NCBI GenBank assembly: GCA_047611265.1 | Contig: JBLFWM010000001.1 | Location: 14,592-78,591 of the forward strand | DNA: 64,000 bases | Direction of reading: 5' to 3' | Origin: Gammaproteobacteria bacterium | GTDB lineage: Bacteria > Pseudomonadota > Gammaproteobacteria > GCA-002705445 > GCA-002716945 | Part shown: in pieces, positions 11,892-21,472 of the stretch | How positions within the stretch are numbered: position 1 is the first letter of the stretch | How the letters are laid out: each line of letters starts with the position of its first letter | Position numbers and translations under genes: made by a program | Notes under the pieces: generated by a model | Seen by the model: only the letters and a program-made list of their open reading frames with translations | What the model was told of the DNA's origin: nothing | Database searches by the model: none

Positions 11892-12200
11892 ATGAGTACA
11901 ATAAAACTTAGAGCAAAAGAAAGTAAAGGTATTGTGACTGTTAAGGCAATCATTAAACATCCTATGGAGACAGGACAAAGAAAGAATAAAAAAACAGGTG
12001 AAAAAATTCCTGCTCACTTTATACAGCAAGTAATTTGCAAAGCAAATAACGATGAGGTTATTACAATAAATTGGGGTCCAGCAGTTTCAAAAAACCCTTA
12101 TCTAACATTTGCCTATATGGGCTCTAAAGGTGACGTAGTTGAGCTTACATGGGAAGACAATCAAGGTAATAAAGATTCTCTGCAAGGCGAGGTTAAATAG
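11892..12200 (+). CDS. soxZ: Thiosulfate oxidation carrier complex protein SoxZ
   Basis: 102 aa. IKLRAK...VKAIIKHPMETG is the SoxZ pattern. Adjacent to soxY. Confidence 0.9.
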   Translation: MSTIKLRAKESKGIVTVKAIIKHPMETGQRKNKKTGEKIPAHFIQQVICKANNDEVITINWGPAVSKNPYLTFAYMGSKGDVVELTWEDNQGNKDSLQGEVK

Positions 12201-12206
12201 TATTAA

Positions 12207-13040
12207 ATGAAAAATTATTTTCATAAGTTTTTATTAATTATTTTATTTGTAAATATTACTGCTTTTGCTTCACCAGAAGAAGATCAGGAGTTGTTTAGAG
12301 ATCATTTTAAAAATAGATTTCCTAATACTGAGTTCAGTGAGTATAAAAATGGAGTGTATTCAATTGATGCATCGTCTAGAGAGCAATGGGAATCAATAGA
12401 AGACTTTCCTCCTTATGAGCTAAATATTGACCAAGGAGAAGAGTTATTCAATCAACCATTTAAAAATGGTAATACCTATGCAACTTGTTTTGAAAACTCA
12501 GGTATAGGAGTAAGACAAAATTATCCCTACTTTAATGAGTCTACAAATCAAGTAATGACACTAGAACTGGCAATTAACAATTGCAGGAAAAGAAATGGTG
12601 AAAAACCCTTCAGTTATTATAAAGGCGGGCCAATGGCCGATATATCTGCTTACATGGCTTATACATCAAGAGGAAATAAATTTGATGTCAAAATACCAAA
12701 TAGCATGGAAGCTCTTGATGCTTATGAAGCTGGGAAAAAACTTTACTTCACTAAAGTTGGTCAACTAAATTTCTCTTGTGCAGATTGTCATGTATACCAG
12801 ACCGGCAGCAAGTTAAGAGCTGATATTCCAAGTCCAGGAATTGGACACTCTACTCACTTCCCAGCATATAGATCAGGAGCTGGACGATTAGTCACACTAC
12901 ATGAAAGATTTGCTGGCTGTTTAAACAGAGTTAGAGCTAAACCATTTAAGGCTCAAAATGAGGAGTATAGAAATTTAGAGTACTTTATTAGTTATATGAG
13001 TAATGGGTTAGAAATAAATGGCCCAGGCAGCAGAAAATAG
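12207..13040 (+). CDS. soxA: L-cysteine S-thiosulfotransferase subunit SoxA (monohaem type)
   Basis: Signal peptide, one CADCH haem site and a downstream FAGCLNRV cysteine ligand region. Position after soxZ supports the call. Confidence 0.85.
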   Translation: MKNYFHKFLLIILFVNITAFASPEEDQELFRDHFKNRFPNTEFSEYKNGVYSIDASSREQWESIEDFPPYELNIDQGEELFNQPFKNGNTYATCFENSGIGVRQNYPYFNESTNQVMTLELAINNCRKRNGEKPFSYYKGGPMADISAYMAYTSRGNKFDVKIPNSMEALDAYEAGKKLYFTKVGQLNFSCADCHVYQTGSKLRADIPSPGIGHSTHFPAYRSGAGRLVTLHERFAGCLNRVRAKPFKAQNEEYRNLEYFISYMSNGLEINGPGSRK

Positions 13041-13053
13041 GTATAATTATAAT

Positions 13054-13578
13054 ATGGTAAATAAGTTCAATTCATCAAAGTTATTATTAACATTACTCGC
13101 TCCTCTTTTATTTGTATCATGTGCAACAATAAATGGGATAATGCCTGGCACAGATAGTTCGGAAAATGCTGAAGTTAAAGAAATCAGCGTAAGCCAAAAA
13201 TTACAAATATCAATTCCTATACCAGATAACTCAAAATATATTATTGACCAAACTATAATATTTGGTGAAGGTGAACGATTTACTGGCGTATTACATCTGG
13301 TTCATGATATTTCTGCAGATGAAGTTGTTGAGTTTTATAGGGTTGGCATGAGAGATGATGGGTGGTCAGAAATAGCCATTGTAAGAAGCGGATTTGTTTT
13401 AATGAATTTTGATAAAGAAGATAGGTTTGCGACAATCAAAGTAAACCGTAATAGGAATTTAGTCTATGACTCTTCTTCTTCTGAGGTAACGATAGGTCCT
13501 AAGACTGGAACAACTATAAATAGAAGAATAAATACGAATACAGAAGCTTCCGAGGAACAACCTTTCACGATTAAATAA
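13054..13578 (+). CDS. Hypothetical lipoprotein downstream of soxA
   Basis: Lipobox LLFVSC after a basic/hydrophobic N-terminus (MVNKFNSSKLLLTLLAPLLFVSCAT). I recognise no family. I chose the start at M13 of the ORF-track protein. Confidence 0.5.
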   Translation: MVNKFNSSKLLLTLLAPLLFVSCATINGIMPGTDSSENAEVKEISVSQKLQISIPIPDNSKYIIDQTIIFGEGERFTGVLHLVHDISADEVVEFYRVGMRDDGWSEIAIVRSGFVLMNFDKEDRFATIKVNRNRNLVYDSSSSEVTIGPKTGTTINRRINTNTEASEEQPFTIK

Positions 13579-13585
13579 AGCTTGT

Positions 13586-14464
13586 TTAATTTGTCCTCTC
13601 CGTTATTATTTCCATTAAGTCATCAAAGTAAAGATCTCTGAAGAAATGACCTGCTCCATCGACCACAAGTAACTCAATATTTTTTTTATTCAAGACCTCA
13701 ACTCTTCTATAAGTATTAGGAGTAATCATGTCTTCAGATCCGACGATCACAGATACTTTTATATTTGTTGATGATAAGTTTCCCAGTAAGGATCCATTTT
13801 TTCCAGATTGCTTATCTGATATCTTGAAATAATCTAGAAAACTTTTTTTTGATACTTTTCCATTAGGGCAATTTAAAAAATCTATTGTTAACCAATCATT
13901 AGACTCATTTAATAACTCATCTACGTTTATATCATTTTTCACCATATGGTATTTTTTTAAATCAGCATATTGATCTGAAATAGGAGCTATCAAAAATACT
14001 GATTCAACAAGAATTTTTTCAGATGCTTCTAACTCCTCAAAAGACTGGATAATATTTAAGCCACCCCTTGAATGTCCAATTAAAAATATTTTCTGATATC
14101 CTTTTGATTTAAGATACTTAAACCATAACTCTACTTCATCAATTGATTTTGACTTGAAATGTTCATGTTCCACCTTGCATGGAAAAAAATTATTTTCACG
14201 ATTATCAATTCCATAACTAAGATTAATTGTTAACGAATCTATATTATTTTCTAAAAAAGAGTTAGCTAGGGATTTTATAAGTTCGAGGTTTTGATGGCCT
14301 CTTGTACCATGAAGTATCAGCGCAATACTCTTAGAATTATTTTTGGTGTAGTGAGTTGCGTTTAGCTGAATGAGACTTTTATCATATTTATAAGGTATCT
14401 GTACAGCATCAGACCATATTTCTGAAGAAAATATTAATAAACAGATGAGTAATATATTTTTCAT
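13586..14464 (-). CDS. Secreted alpha/beta hydrolase
   Basis: Signal peptide MKNILLICLLIFSSEIWS and nucleophile elbow GHSRGG. The ORF-track start at 14506 would overlap the tRNA, so I used ATG 14464. Confidence 0.6.
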   Translation of the reverse strand: MKNILLICLLIFSSEIWSDAVQIPYKYDKSLIQLNATHYTKNNSKSIALILHGTRGHQNLELIKSLANSFLENNIDSLTINLSYGIDNRENNFFPCKVEHEHFKSKSIDEVELWFKYLKSKGYQKIFLIGHSRGGLNIIQSFEELEASEKILVESVFLIAPISDQYADLKKYHMVKNDINVDELLNESNDWLTIDFLNCPNGKVSKKSFLDYFKISDKQSGKNGSLLGNLSSTNIKVSVIVGSEDMITPNTYRRVEVLNKKNIELLVVDGAGHFFRDLYFDDLMEIITERTN

Positions 14465-14476
14465 AATAAGATTATA

Positions 14477-14549
14477 TAGGGCGTACTGGATTCGAACCAG
14501 TGACAAATGGCTTAAAAGGCCACTGCTCTACCAACTGAGCTAACGCCCC
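14477..14549 (-). tRNA. tRNA-Lys (anticodon UUU)
   Basis: The reverse complement reads GGGGCGTTAGCTCAGTTGGTAGAGCAGTGGCCTTTTAAGCCATTTGTCACTGGTTCGAATCCAGTACGCCCTA. It folds as a cloverleaf with anticodon loop CTTTTAA and a GGTTCGAATCC T-arm. No CCA is encoded. Confidence 0.9.
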
Positions 14550-14550
14550 A

Positions 14551-15750
14551 TTATATCTTTTCAAGTGCTCTGAATTTATTTGGTATTAAATTCAGATCTG
14601 CTAATGAAGACCTAAGACTATCAAAAAAACTACAATCTTCATAGACTGCATTGTAATATTCTATTTTCATTGCAATAGCTGCACCAATAACTATTGATAT
14701 TAATGTTATAAATGATCCTATTGCTAGAGTCGACACTCCCGACACTCCTTGACCAATCGTACAACCCATTGATAGTACTCCACCAATCCCTATGAGAACA
14801 GCACCTATGATGTGTCTTGTAAAGTCCTCTTTTGACTGAAACCATTCTATCCTAAAATTTCTAGATATAATAGAATAGACAAAAGAACCTAAAATGACAG
14901 AAAGCAAAGCAGCAACACCGAAGGTCAAATAATAAATATCTGCAGACTTACTTAAATATATGATGCTTTCGCCCATCGGATTTATAAATGTAAAAGACTG
15001 AACTCCTACACCCGGCAATGGACTATCCAAAAAATCATTGGTTTCAATCCATTCTTGGCCTAAAGTAGAACCCGTTAAATACCACGCAAGGACCACAACG
15101 CTTCCCACGATAAAACCACCAATTACATTATCTATATTTTTTACAAAAGAACCTGATCTGAATATATAATACATGAAGATAAACCCTACCAATAAGCCTA
15201 TTGTAAGCTTGTAATACACTGTATTTTCTGCAGATATTATAGACGATATGATTGTAGGCAATGATTGATCTTCTATCCCTAATATAGCTAAATCAGGACT
15301 AATTGAGTTCATCCAGCTATGGAAAATTATTCCATAAAAATCTGTTCTAGTCATTATATATGCCATGAGGCCCGCTACTAGAAGAACTACTATTGACTTA
15401 AGGTTTCCCCCGCCAACTCTTATTAAAACTTTATTACCACAGCCACTTGCATATGTCATTCCTACACCAAACATAAGTCCACCTAAAACATATCTGGGCC
15501 AACTAAAAACAGAGTTTCTGTAGGGTATTCTCGAGTCATTAAGATCAACATATGACAGAAATTCAAAGACAGTGACTCCAAGTACCGCAATAGCTGCAGC
15601 AAACATCCAAGATTTAAAACGTGATAAATCTCCAATATTAACCCAGTCTGAAACAGCACCCATTGTACAAAAATTTGTTTTACTTACAACAAAGCCAAGG
15701 ATAAAACCTAAAATTGCTATGTATGACAATAATAAACCTGAGATTTCCAT
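14551..15750 (-). CDS. YeeE/YedE family sulfur-compound transporter
   Basis: 399 aa polytopic membrane protein with the conserved cysteine segments FCTMGAVSDW, ASGCGNK and MGCTIGQG of YeeE/YedE. Confidence 0.8.
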   Translation of the reverse strand: MEISGLLLSYIAILGFILGFVVSKTNFCTMGAVSDWVNIGDLSRFKSWMFAAAIAVLGVTVFEFLSYVDLNDSRIPYRNSVFSWPRYVLGGLMFGVGMTYASGCGNKVLIRVGGGNLKSIVVLLVAGLMAYIMTRTDFYGIIFHSWMNSISPDLAILGIEDQSLPTIISSIISAENTVYYKLTIGLLVGFIFMYYIFRSGSFVKNIDNVIGGFIVGSVVVLAWYLTGSTLGQEWIETNDFLDSPLPGVGVQSFTFINPMGESIIYLSKSADIYYLTFGVAALLSVILGSFVYSIISRNFRIEWFQSKEDFTRHIIGAVLIGIGGVLSMGCTIGQGVSGVSTLAIGSFITLISIVIGAAIAMKIEYYNAVYEDCSFFDSLRSSLADLNLIPNKFRALEKI

Positions 15751-15830
15751 TCCTACCTATTCCTATCTATTCATTTTTTAGTTTTTATAATTATATTAGC
15801 AAACAGTAATATAAGCATTACATTTTTTAA

Positions 15831-16499
15831 TTATTTTTTATAAAGCGTTGGATCATCAATTCCGGCATCTAAAAAACCTTTTTTTCTAAACTTGCAAGAA
15901 TCGCAGTTACCACAAGCCTCTCCGCTTTTAGATAGTGAATAACAGGAAACCGTGGCAGAATAATCTACCCCTAGTTTTATTCCTGTATTAATAATTTCTG
16001 ACTTAGTCATACTAACCAATGGAGTTAAAATCTTAAACGGACTCCCTTCTGAAGCAGACTTTGTTCCTAGATTTATCATTTTCTCAAAAGATGTTATAAA
16101 TTCAGGTCTACAGTCTGGGTAACCAGAGTAATCAATTGCATTTACACCTATAAATATATCTTTAATTTTTAACGTTTCAGCATAAGATGCTGCTATTGAT
16201 AAAAATATTGTATTTCTAGCCGGAACATAAGTAATTGGAATACCGGTAGACTCTTCAGTTGGCACATCAAGGCTTGAGTCAGTTAATGCTGATCCCCCTA
16301 TCTTGGTTAAATCTATATCAAAGATTATATGTTTGACGTCCGGATAATTAGATAGGATTTTCTTACTAGCAATTATTTCATAGTCATGCCTTTGTTTATA
16401 GTTAATGGTGAGGGCTGTAATTTTGTATCCCATAGATTTAGCAATAGCTAATGATGTTGTAGAATCTAAACCACCAGAAAAAAGGACTAAAGCATTCAT
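15831..16499 (-). CDS. queC: 7-cyano-7-deazaguanine synthase
   Basis: ALVLFSGGLDSTT PP-loop and a C-terminal CGNCDSC zinc site. The start at ATG 16499 avoids overlap with queE. Confidence 0.95.
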   Translation of the reverse strand: MNALVLFSGGLDSTTSLAIAKSMGYKITALTINYKQRHDYEIIASKKILSNYPDVKHIIFDIDLTKIGGSALTDSSLDVPTEESTGIPITYVPARNTIFLSIAASYAETLKIKDIFIGVNAIDYSGYPDCRPEFITSFEKMINLGTKSASEGSPFKILTPLVSMTKSEIINTGIKLGVDYSATVSCYSLSKSGEACGNCDSCKFRKKGFLDAGIDDPTLYKK

Positions 16500-16500
16500 A

Positions 16501-17142
16501 TTACTTCCCACGTTCATCACTCCATATAACTTTATGTAACTGGGTCTGTAGTCTAGCTGGAATATTATCTTTTAGCATATTTTCAGCAAGGATTTTTATA
16601 TCCATTTCATCATAACTAGGAGAAAATAAAACAGTACATTTCTTATGCAAATTATATTTAAAAATATAATCCTTTGCCCATATATAATCATCTAAGTCAC
16701 AAATAACAAATTTAATCTGATCCATAGATTTTAAATATTTATAATTATCTATAATATTTTTATCAGATTCTTTTGAAGCTGGTGTTTTAACATCTAATAT
16801 AATTATTGTTTTATTATCTAAATTTTTTATTGAAACAGCATTACTTGTTTCAATAGAGACATTATATGATAAATTATTCAAGAGAGTTAAAAGATCAATT
16901 GTATTTTGTTGAGATAACGGTTCTCCACCAGTTACTGTTATATTATTACAATTAAAATTTTTTACCTCGTTGATTATCTCATCAAAAGTTTTTTTAGATC
17001 CTTCCGTGAAAGCATAAGCTGTGTCACAATATTGGCACCTTAAAGGGCAACCAGTTAACCTGATAAAGACTGTAGGCATTCCAGACGATAAGCTCTCACC
17101 TTGAATTGAATAAAATATTTCATTTATGATTAATGTATTCAT
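16501..17142 (-). CDS. queE: 7-carboxy-7-deazaguanine synthase (radical SAM)
   Basis: EIFYSIQGE and the CPLRCQYCDT radical-SAM cluster motif. Adjacent to queC. Confidence 0.9.
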   Translation of the reverse strand: MNTLIINEIFYSIQGESLSSGMPTVFIRLTGCPLRCQYCDTAYAFTEGSKKTFDEIINEVKNFNCNNITVTGGEPLSQQNTIDLLTLLNNLSYNVSIETSNAVSIKNLDNKTIIILDVKTPASKESDKNIIDNYKYLKSMDQIKFVICDLDDYIWAKDYIFKYNLHKKCTVLFSPSYDEMDIKILAENMLKDNIPARLQTQLHKVIWSDERGK

Positions 17143-17145
17143 GAT

Positions 17146-17643
17146 CTAGATACTTTTGACATTATCGGGATTATCCATGTATGTCATTGCATGACATATA
17201 GCAACACCTAAGGCATCAGAAGCATCTATTTCTAATTTTCGTCTAATTGTAAGGATACTTTTGACTTTTTTTTGAAGCTGTTCTTTATCAGATGCGCCAC
17301 TTGTCGTTACCACCATTTTTACTGTTCTAGGGCTATACTCAAATACTTCTAAAGCTGCTCTGCTACAAGCACAAATAGCGGCGCCTCTTGCTTGACCAAG
17401 CTTTATAGCTGTACCTGCATTTACGCTAAAAAATACTGATTCAATAGCTACATGTGATGGATTATATTCATCTATAATATTATTTGTAGCTTCGTTAATT
17501 AGCGCAAGCTTAGTTGTATACTTATTCTTTAAACCAGTTTTAATAATTGAATGATGTATATAGGTAAGATTATTATCTTCAAGTTTAATTAACCCAAATC
17601 CAGTAATATTTGTTCCAGGATCAATCCCTAATATAATCGTCAT
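17146..17643 (-). CDS. ruvC: Crossover junction endodeoxyribonuclease RuvC
   Basis: ILGIDPGTNITGFG N-terminus, 165 aa, catalytic DAxAxA region (DASDALGVAICH). Confidence 0.95.
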   Translation of the reverse strand: MTIILGIDPGTNITGFGLIKLEDNNLTYIHHSIIKTGLKNKYTTKLALINEATNNIIDEYNPSHVAIESVFFSVNAGTAIKLGQARGAAICACSRAALEVFEYSPRTVKMVVTTSGASDKEQLQKKVKSILTIRRKLEIDASDALGVAICHAMTYMDNPDNVKSI

Positions 17644-17648
17644 AAATT

Positions 17649-18362
17649 TTAAGAAAGACTAGCGTTCATATAAACATTTTGAACATCATCCAACTCCTCT
17701 ATTTTACTAGATAAGTCAGAAATTTGTTCTTCGTCATCCTTACTCATTTCTATTGTCGTGAGAGCGTCCATAATTATTTCTTCATCTACTACCTCAACAG
17801 TTTTAGATTCAAAATATTTTTTTGTATTAAATAATTCATTAGGTTTTGTAAAAATAATACAATCAGTATCAATCATCTCAAAATCTTCAATCTCTACAAC
17901 ATCCATATGTTCTAGTAAGTCATCTTCAGTAACATTTAATAACTTCATTATTCCAACTTTTCGAAATAAATGAGATACAGAGCCATTAGTTCCAAGACTT
18001 CCTCCATGCTTTGTTAATGCATGCCGTAAGTCAGAAACTGTTCTATTTTTATTATCTGTTAGACATTCAATTATTACAGCAATGCCTTTAGGGCCATAAC
18101 CCTCATATGTTATTTCTTCAAAGTTATCATTACTTTGTCCGGAGGCTTTATCAATTGCTCTTTTTACCGTATCTTTTGGAACATTTGCTGCATTAGCCTT
18201 AGATAAAGCTAATCTTAATCGCGAATTACTACCGACATCTGTTCCGCCCATTTTAGCAGCAACAGTGATCTCTCTTATTACCTTTGTAAAAGTTTTACCT
18301 CTTTTATTATCTTGAGCTTTTTTCCTATGTTGGATATTCGCCCATTTACTATGTCCTGCCAT
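17649..18362 (-). CDS. YebC/PmpR family DNA-binding transcriptional regulator
   Basis: MAGHSKWANIQHRKKAQDNKRGK is the canonical YebC N-terminus. Start taken at M9 of the ORF-track protein. Confidence 0.95.
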   Translation of the reverse strand: MAGHSKWANIQHRKKAQDNKRGKTFTKVIREITVAAKMGGTDVGSNSRLRLALSKANAANVPKDTVKRAIDKASGQSNDNFEEITYEGYGPKGIAVIIECLTDNKNRTVSDLRHALTKHGGSLGTNGSVSHLFRKVGIMKLLNVTEDDLLEHMDVVEIEDFEMIDTDCIIFTKPNELFNTKKYFESKTVEVVDEEIIMDALTTIEMSKDDEEQISDLSSKIEELDDVQNVYMNASLS

Positions 18363-18363
18363 A

Positions 18364-19344
18364 TCAAGATGCCTTATATGTAACATTATTTAAGCGAAAA
18401 TTAACCATTCTATCAATTGGAACCTTGGCTTTAGCTATTATATCATGCGCTAAAATTATTTCGTTAGATTTTGATTTAAATACGTTTAAAACTTTATTAG
18501 CAGTATTTAAATTCATCCAAGGACATCTCCCGCAACTCTTACATGTAGCACCTTCACCTTCTGTGGGTGCCTCAAAAAATATTTTTTCAGGTGAATATTT
18601 TTTCATCTGATAAAAAATTCCTTTTTCTGTAGCCACGATAATATATTTTTTACTACTATTCTTAGATGCTTCTATTAATTTAGTTGTTGAACCTACCACG
18701 TGAGCCATTTGTATTATACTTCGCGGTGATTCTGGATGTACAAGAACATCACTGTCTGGATACTTCTTAATCATATTTCTTAATTCAAGAGCTTTATATT
18801 CTTCATGCACTATACAAGATCCATCCCACAACAACATATCTGCACCAGTTTTTTCTAAAATATAGTTGCCAAGATATTTATCAGGAGCCCATATTAATTT
18901 TTTACCTAAAGAGGTTAGATGTTCAACAAGTGATACTGCCATACTAGACGTAACTACCCAGTCAGCAATTGACTTAACTTCTGCACTTGTATTTGCATAT
19001 ACTACAACTTCTCTATCTGGGTGATCATCGCAAAATTTTTTAAAATTTACATAATCACAACCAATGTCAAGAGAGCATGTTGCCTCCATGTCTAGCATGT
19101 ATATTTTCTTATCCGGACTGAGAATCTTGGCTGTTTCACCCATGAACTTTACACCGGCAACTATTAATGTAGACTCTTGTTGTTTTGCACCATATCTTGC
19201 CATTTCAAGACTATCGCTAACCAGGCCTCCAGTATCTTCGGCTAATCTTTGTACTAATTCATCAACATAGTAATGCGCTATTATTTTAGCGTTATTACTC
19301 TCTAACAAAGACTTTGTTTTTAGAAGGTATTCGTTATATTCCAT
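18364..19344 (-). CDS. nadA: Quinolinate synthase
   Basis: 326 aa with IIAHYYVD...DSLEMA, VHPESP and C-terminal CxxC...C cluster cysteines (CKSCGRCPWM). Confidence 0.95.
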   Translation of the reverse strand: MEYNEYLLKTKSLLESNNAKIIAHYYVDELVQRLAEDTGGLVSDSLEMARYGAKQQESTLIVAGVKFMGETAKILSPDKKIYMLDMEATCSLDIGCDYVNFKKFCDDHPDREVVVYANTSAEVKSIADWVVTSSMAVSLVEHLTSLGKKLIWAPDKYLGNYILEKTGADMLLWDGSCIVHEEYKALELRNMIKKYPDSDVLVHPESPRSIIQMAHVVGSTTKLIEASKNSSKKYIIVATEKGIFYQMKKYSPEKIFFEAPTEGEGATCKSCGRCPWMNLNTANKVLNVFKSKSNEIILAHDIIAKAKVPIDRMVNFRLNNVTYKAS

Positions 19345-19347
19345 ATT

Positions 19348-21114
19348 TTATTTTATTGACTTGATTGTATTGATAGATAGTTCACGTAACTGTTTCTCAT
19401 CCACACTAGATGGAGCATTAGTTAGCAAACATGATGCAGATTGTGTTTTTGGAAAAGCAATTGTCTCTCGTATAGAATCTAATTCTAATAACAACATAAC
19501 CAGTCTATCTATTCCAAACGCTATCCCTCCATGAGGTGGGCAACCAAAAGATAATGCTTTTAAGAAAAATCCAAATTTTTTATTCATTTCCTCTTCACTG
19601 ATATTAAGTAGCTCAAATACTTTCATCTGCATATCTTTGGAATGTATCCTTATTGATCCGCCACCAATCTCATTACCATTTAAAATTAAATCATATGCTC
19701 TTGATGGAATTTTATAAACATCAGTTTCTGATAAATCACTGAAGTTTTTCGGGGAAGTAAATGGATGATGTATCGAAGTAGGGTTTCCTTCAGAATCTTG
19801 CTCGAAAAGAGGGTAATCCAGAACCCATAAAAACTTCCATCCACCAGATAAAAGATTCAAACTTAAACCCAACTCTTTCATAAGTGCTGACATAGAACTA
19901 TTAACAATGTCAGTAGAATCTGCAGAGAAAAATATTAAGTCGCCATTTTCTGCATCAACTTCATTAAGAATATTCTGAATAACTTTAGTATTTAAGAATT
20001 TTTTAATTGGAGAAGCAACTCCATTCTCTATATCACTAATATCTTCACATTTAAAATACGCAAGACCTTTTGCTCCAAACTGCTTAACAAGTTCAGTAAC
20101 ATTATCAATGTTTTTTCTAGACAAAGAAATCCCGCCCGGTACTTTTAAGGCAACTATTCTAGAGCTTGGGTTATTTGCGTGATCAGAAAATACTTTAAAA
20201 TCTACTTCTTTTACCAACTCTTTAATATCTTTTAAAACCAATGGGTTTCTCAGATCTGGTTTATCGCAACCATAGTTTTTCAATGCATCATGGTATGACA
20301 TTCGTTCAAAATTTAAACCATCATCATAATTCATAATATCTTTGAAGATTAGCGTGAATAATTCTTCAACTATTTGCATAATTTCTTCTTCATCAGTAAA
20401 TGATAACTCAACATCAAGCTGCGTAAACTCAGGCTGTCTATCAGACCTCAGATCCTCATCCCTGAAACACTTTGCAATTTGAAAATACTTGTCTAGTCCG
20501 CCAATCATCAGAGTTTGTTTAAATAGCTGTGGAGATTGAGGTAAAGCAAAAAATTCTTTTGAATGTACTCTACTAGGAACCAGGTAGTCTCTCGCGCCTT
20601 CTGGAGTTGTTTTTGTTAAAATAGGAGTCTCAACATCAACAAATTCTTTAGAATAAAAATAATTTCTAATGGCCTGGATAAGTTTCGATCTAAAACGTAT
20701 AGTCTTTTGCATCTTATCACTTCTCATGTCTAGATAACGATATTGAAGCCTTTGATCTTCATTGACATTGTTGTCATTAATTTTAAACGGTGGAGTTTCT
20801 GACTTATTTAATATCTTTAAAGAGGATACTATGATTTCAATCTTGCCTGTTGCCAAGTCATTATTAATCGTGCCCTCCAATCTATGGTTAACCGTTCCCT
20901 TCACTTCTATAACAAATTCTGACCTAATAGATTCTGCCTTCATAAAAAGCTCTTTATCTTCAGGGTTAAAAACAAGCTGGACAATACCAGTATAATCTCT
21001 TAAATCGACGAAGATAATTCCACCATGATCTCTACGCTTGCTAACCCATCCAGATAGCTCAATTTCTTGATTTAATATATTCTCAGCTATTTCATTACAG
21101 TGATAATTTTTCAT
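19348..21114 (-). CDS. aspS: Aspartate--tRNA ligase
   Basis: 588 aa class II aaRS with [37 protein letters not shown] and [12 protein letters not shown]. Confidence 0.97.
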   Translation of the reverse strand: MKNYHCNEIAENILNQEIELSGWVSKRRDHGGIIFVDLRDYTGIVQLVFNPEDKELFMKAESIRSEFVIEVKGTVNHRLEGTINNDLATGKIEIIVSSLKILNKSETPPFKINDNNVNEDQRLQYRYLDMRSDKMQKTIRFRSKLIQAIRNYFYSKEFVDVETPILTKTTPEGARDYLVPSRVHSKEFFALPQSPQLFKQTLMIGGLDKYFQIAKCFRDEDLRSDRQPEFTQLDVELSFTDEEEIMQIVEELFTLIFKDIMNYDDGLNFERMSYHDALKNYGCDKPDLRNPLVLKDIKELVKEVDFKVFSDHANNPSSRIVALKVPGGISLSRKNIDNVTELVKQFGAKGLAYFKCEDISDIENGVASPIKKFLNTKVIQNILNEVDAENGDLIFFSADSTDIVNSSMSALMKELGLSLNLLSGGWKFLWVLDYPLFEQDSEGNPTSIHHPFTSPKNFSDLSETDVYKIPSRAYDLILNGNEIGGGSIRIHSKDMQMKVFELLNISEEEMNKKFGFFLKALSFGCPPHGGIAFGIDRLVMLLLELDSIRETIAFPKTQSASCLLTNAPSSVDEKQLRELSINTIKSIK

Positions 21115-21138
21115 TATTTATATAGATTCCACTTAGTG

Positions 21139-21375
21139 TTAAGATTTATCAGTTGTGTTTGACTTCGATGCTGGCTTATCCTCTTTAACCTTCTTTCCTT
21201 TAAAATCTGTTTCATACCAACCTGACCCTTTAAGCCTAAATCCAGATGAAGATATCAGCTTTTTTACCCCACCTTTTTTACAAGATTGACATATATCTAG
21301 GTCTTTATCGGTTATTTTTTGAAAATTTTCAAAAATTAAGTCACATTCATCACATTTGTATTCATAAATAGGCAT
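21139..21375 (-). CDS. FmdB family zinc-ribbon protein
   Basis: MPIYEYKCDECDLIFE...CQSC is the pattern typical of the FmdB/CxxC_CxxC_SSSS family. Confidence 0.75.
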   Translation of the reverse strand: MPIYEYKCDECDLIFENFQKITDKDLDICQSCKKGGVKKLISSSGFRLKGSGWYETDFKGKKVKEDKPASKSNTTDKS

Positions 21376-21472
21376 AATTCAATTCACAACATAATATTAT
21401 GTTTGTATTATACAAAAAAAATGAAGTTTTATCTCTAATAAATATAGTGTATAATCCTCGCTTAAATAACCT

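Noticed and set aside
14465-14506. N-terminal extension of the ORF-track hydrolase ORF (start 14506), which overlaps the tRNA-Lys gene.
   Set aside because: The extension (MSLVRIQYALYNLI) is read from the tRNA sequence itself. The internal ATG at 14464 gives a canonical signal peptide.
13586-15750. tRNA-Lys as an integration hotspot marking a genomic island (hydrolase and lipoprotein as cargo).
   Set aside because: There is no integrase, no direct repeat of the tRNA 3' end and no compositional break that I could see. The flanking genes are packed as tightly as the rest of the core genome.
15831-17643. ruvC is followed by queE/queC rather than ruvAB.
   Set aside because: ruvC is frequently unlinked from ruvAB in proteobacteria. 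This is a gene-order variation with no functional implication visible here.
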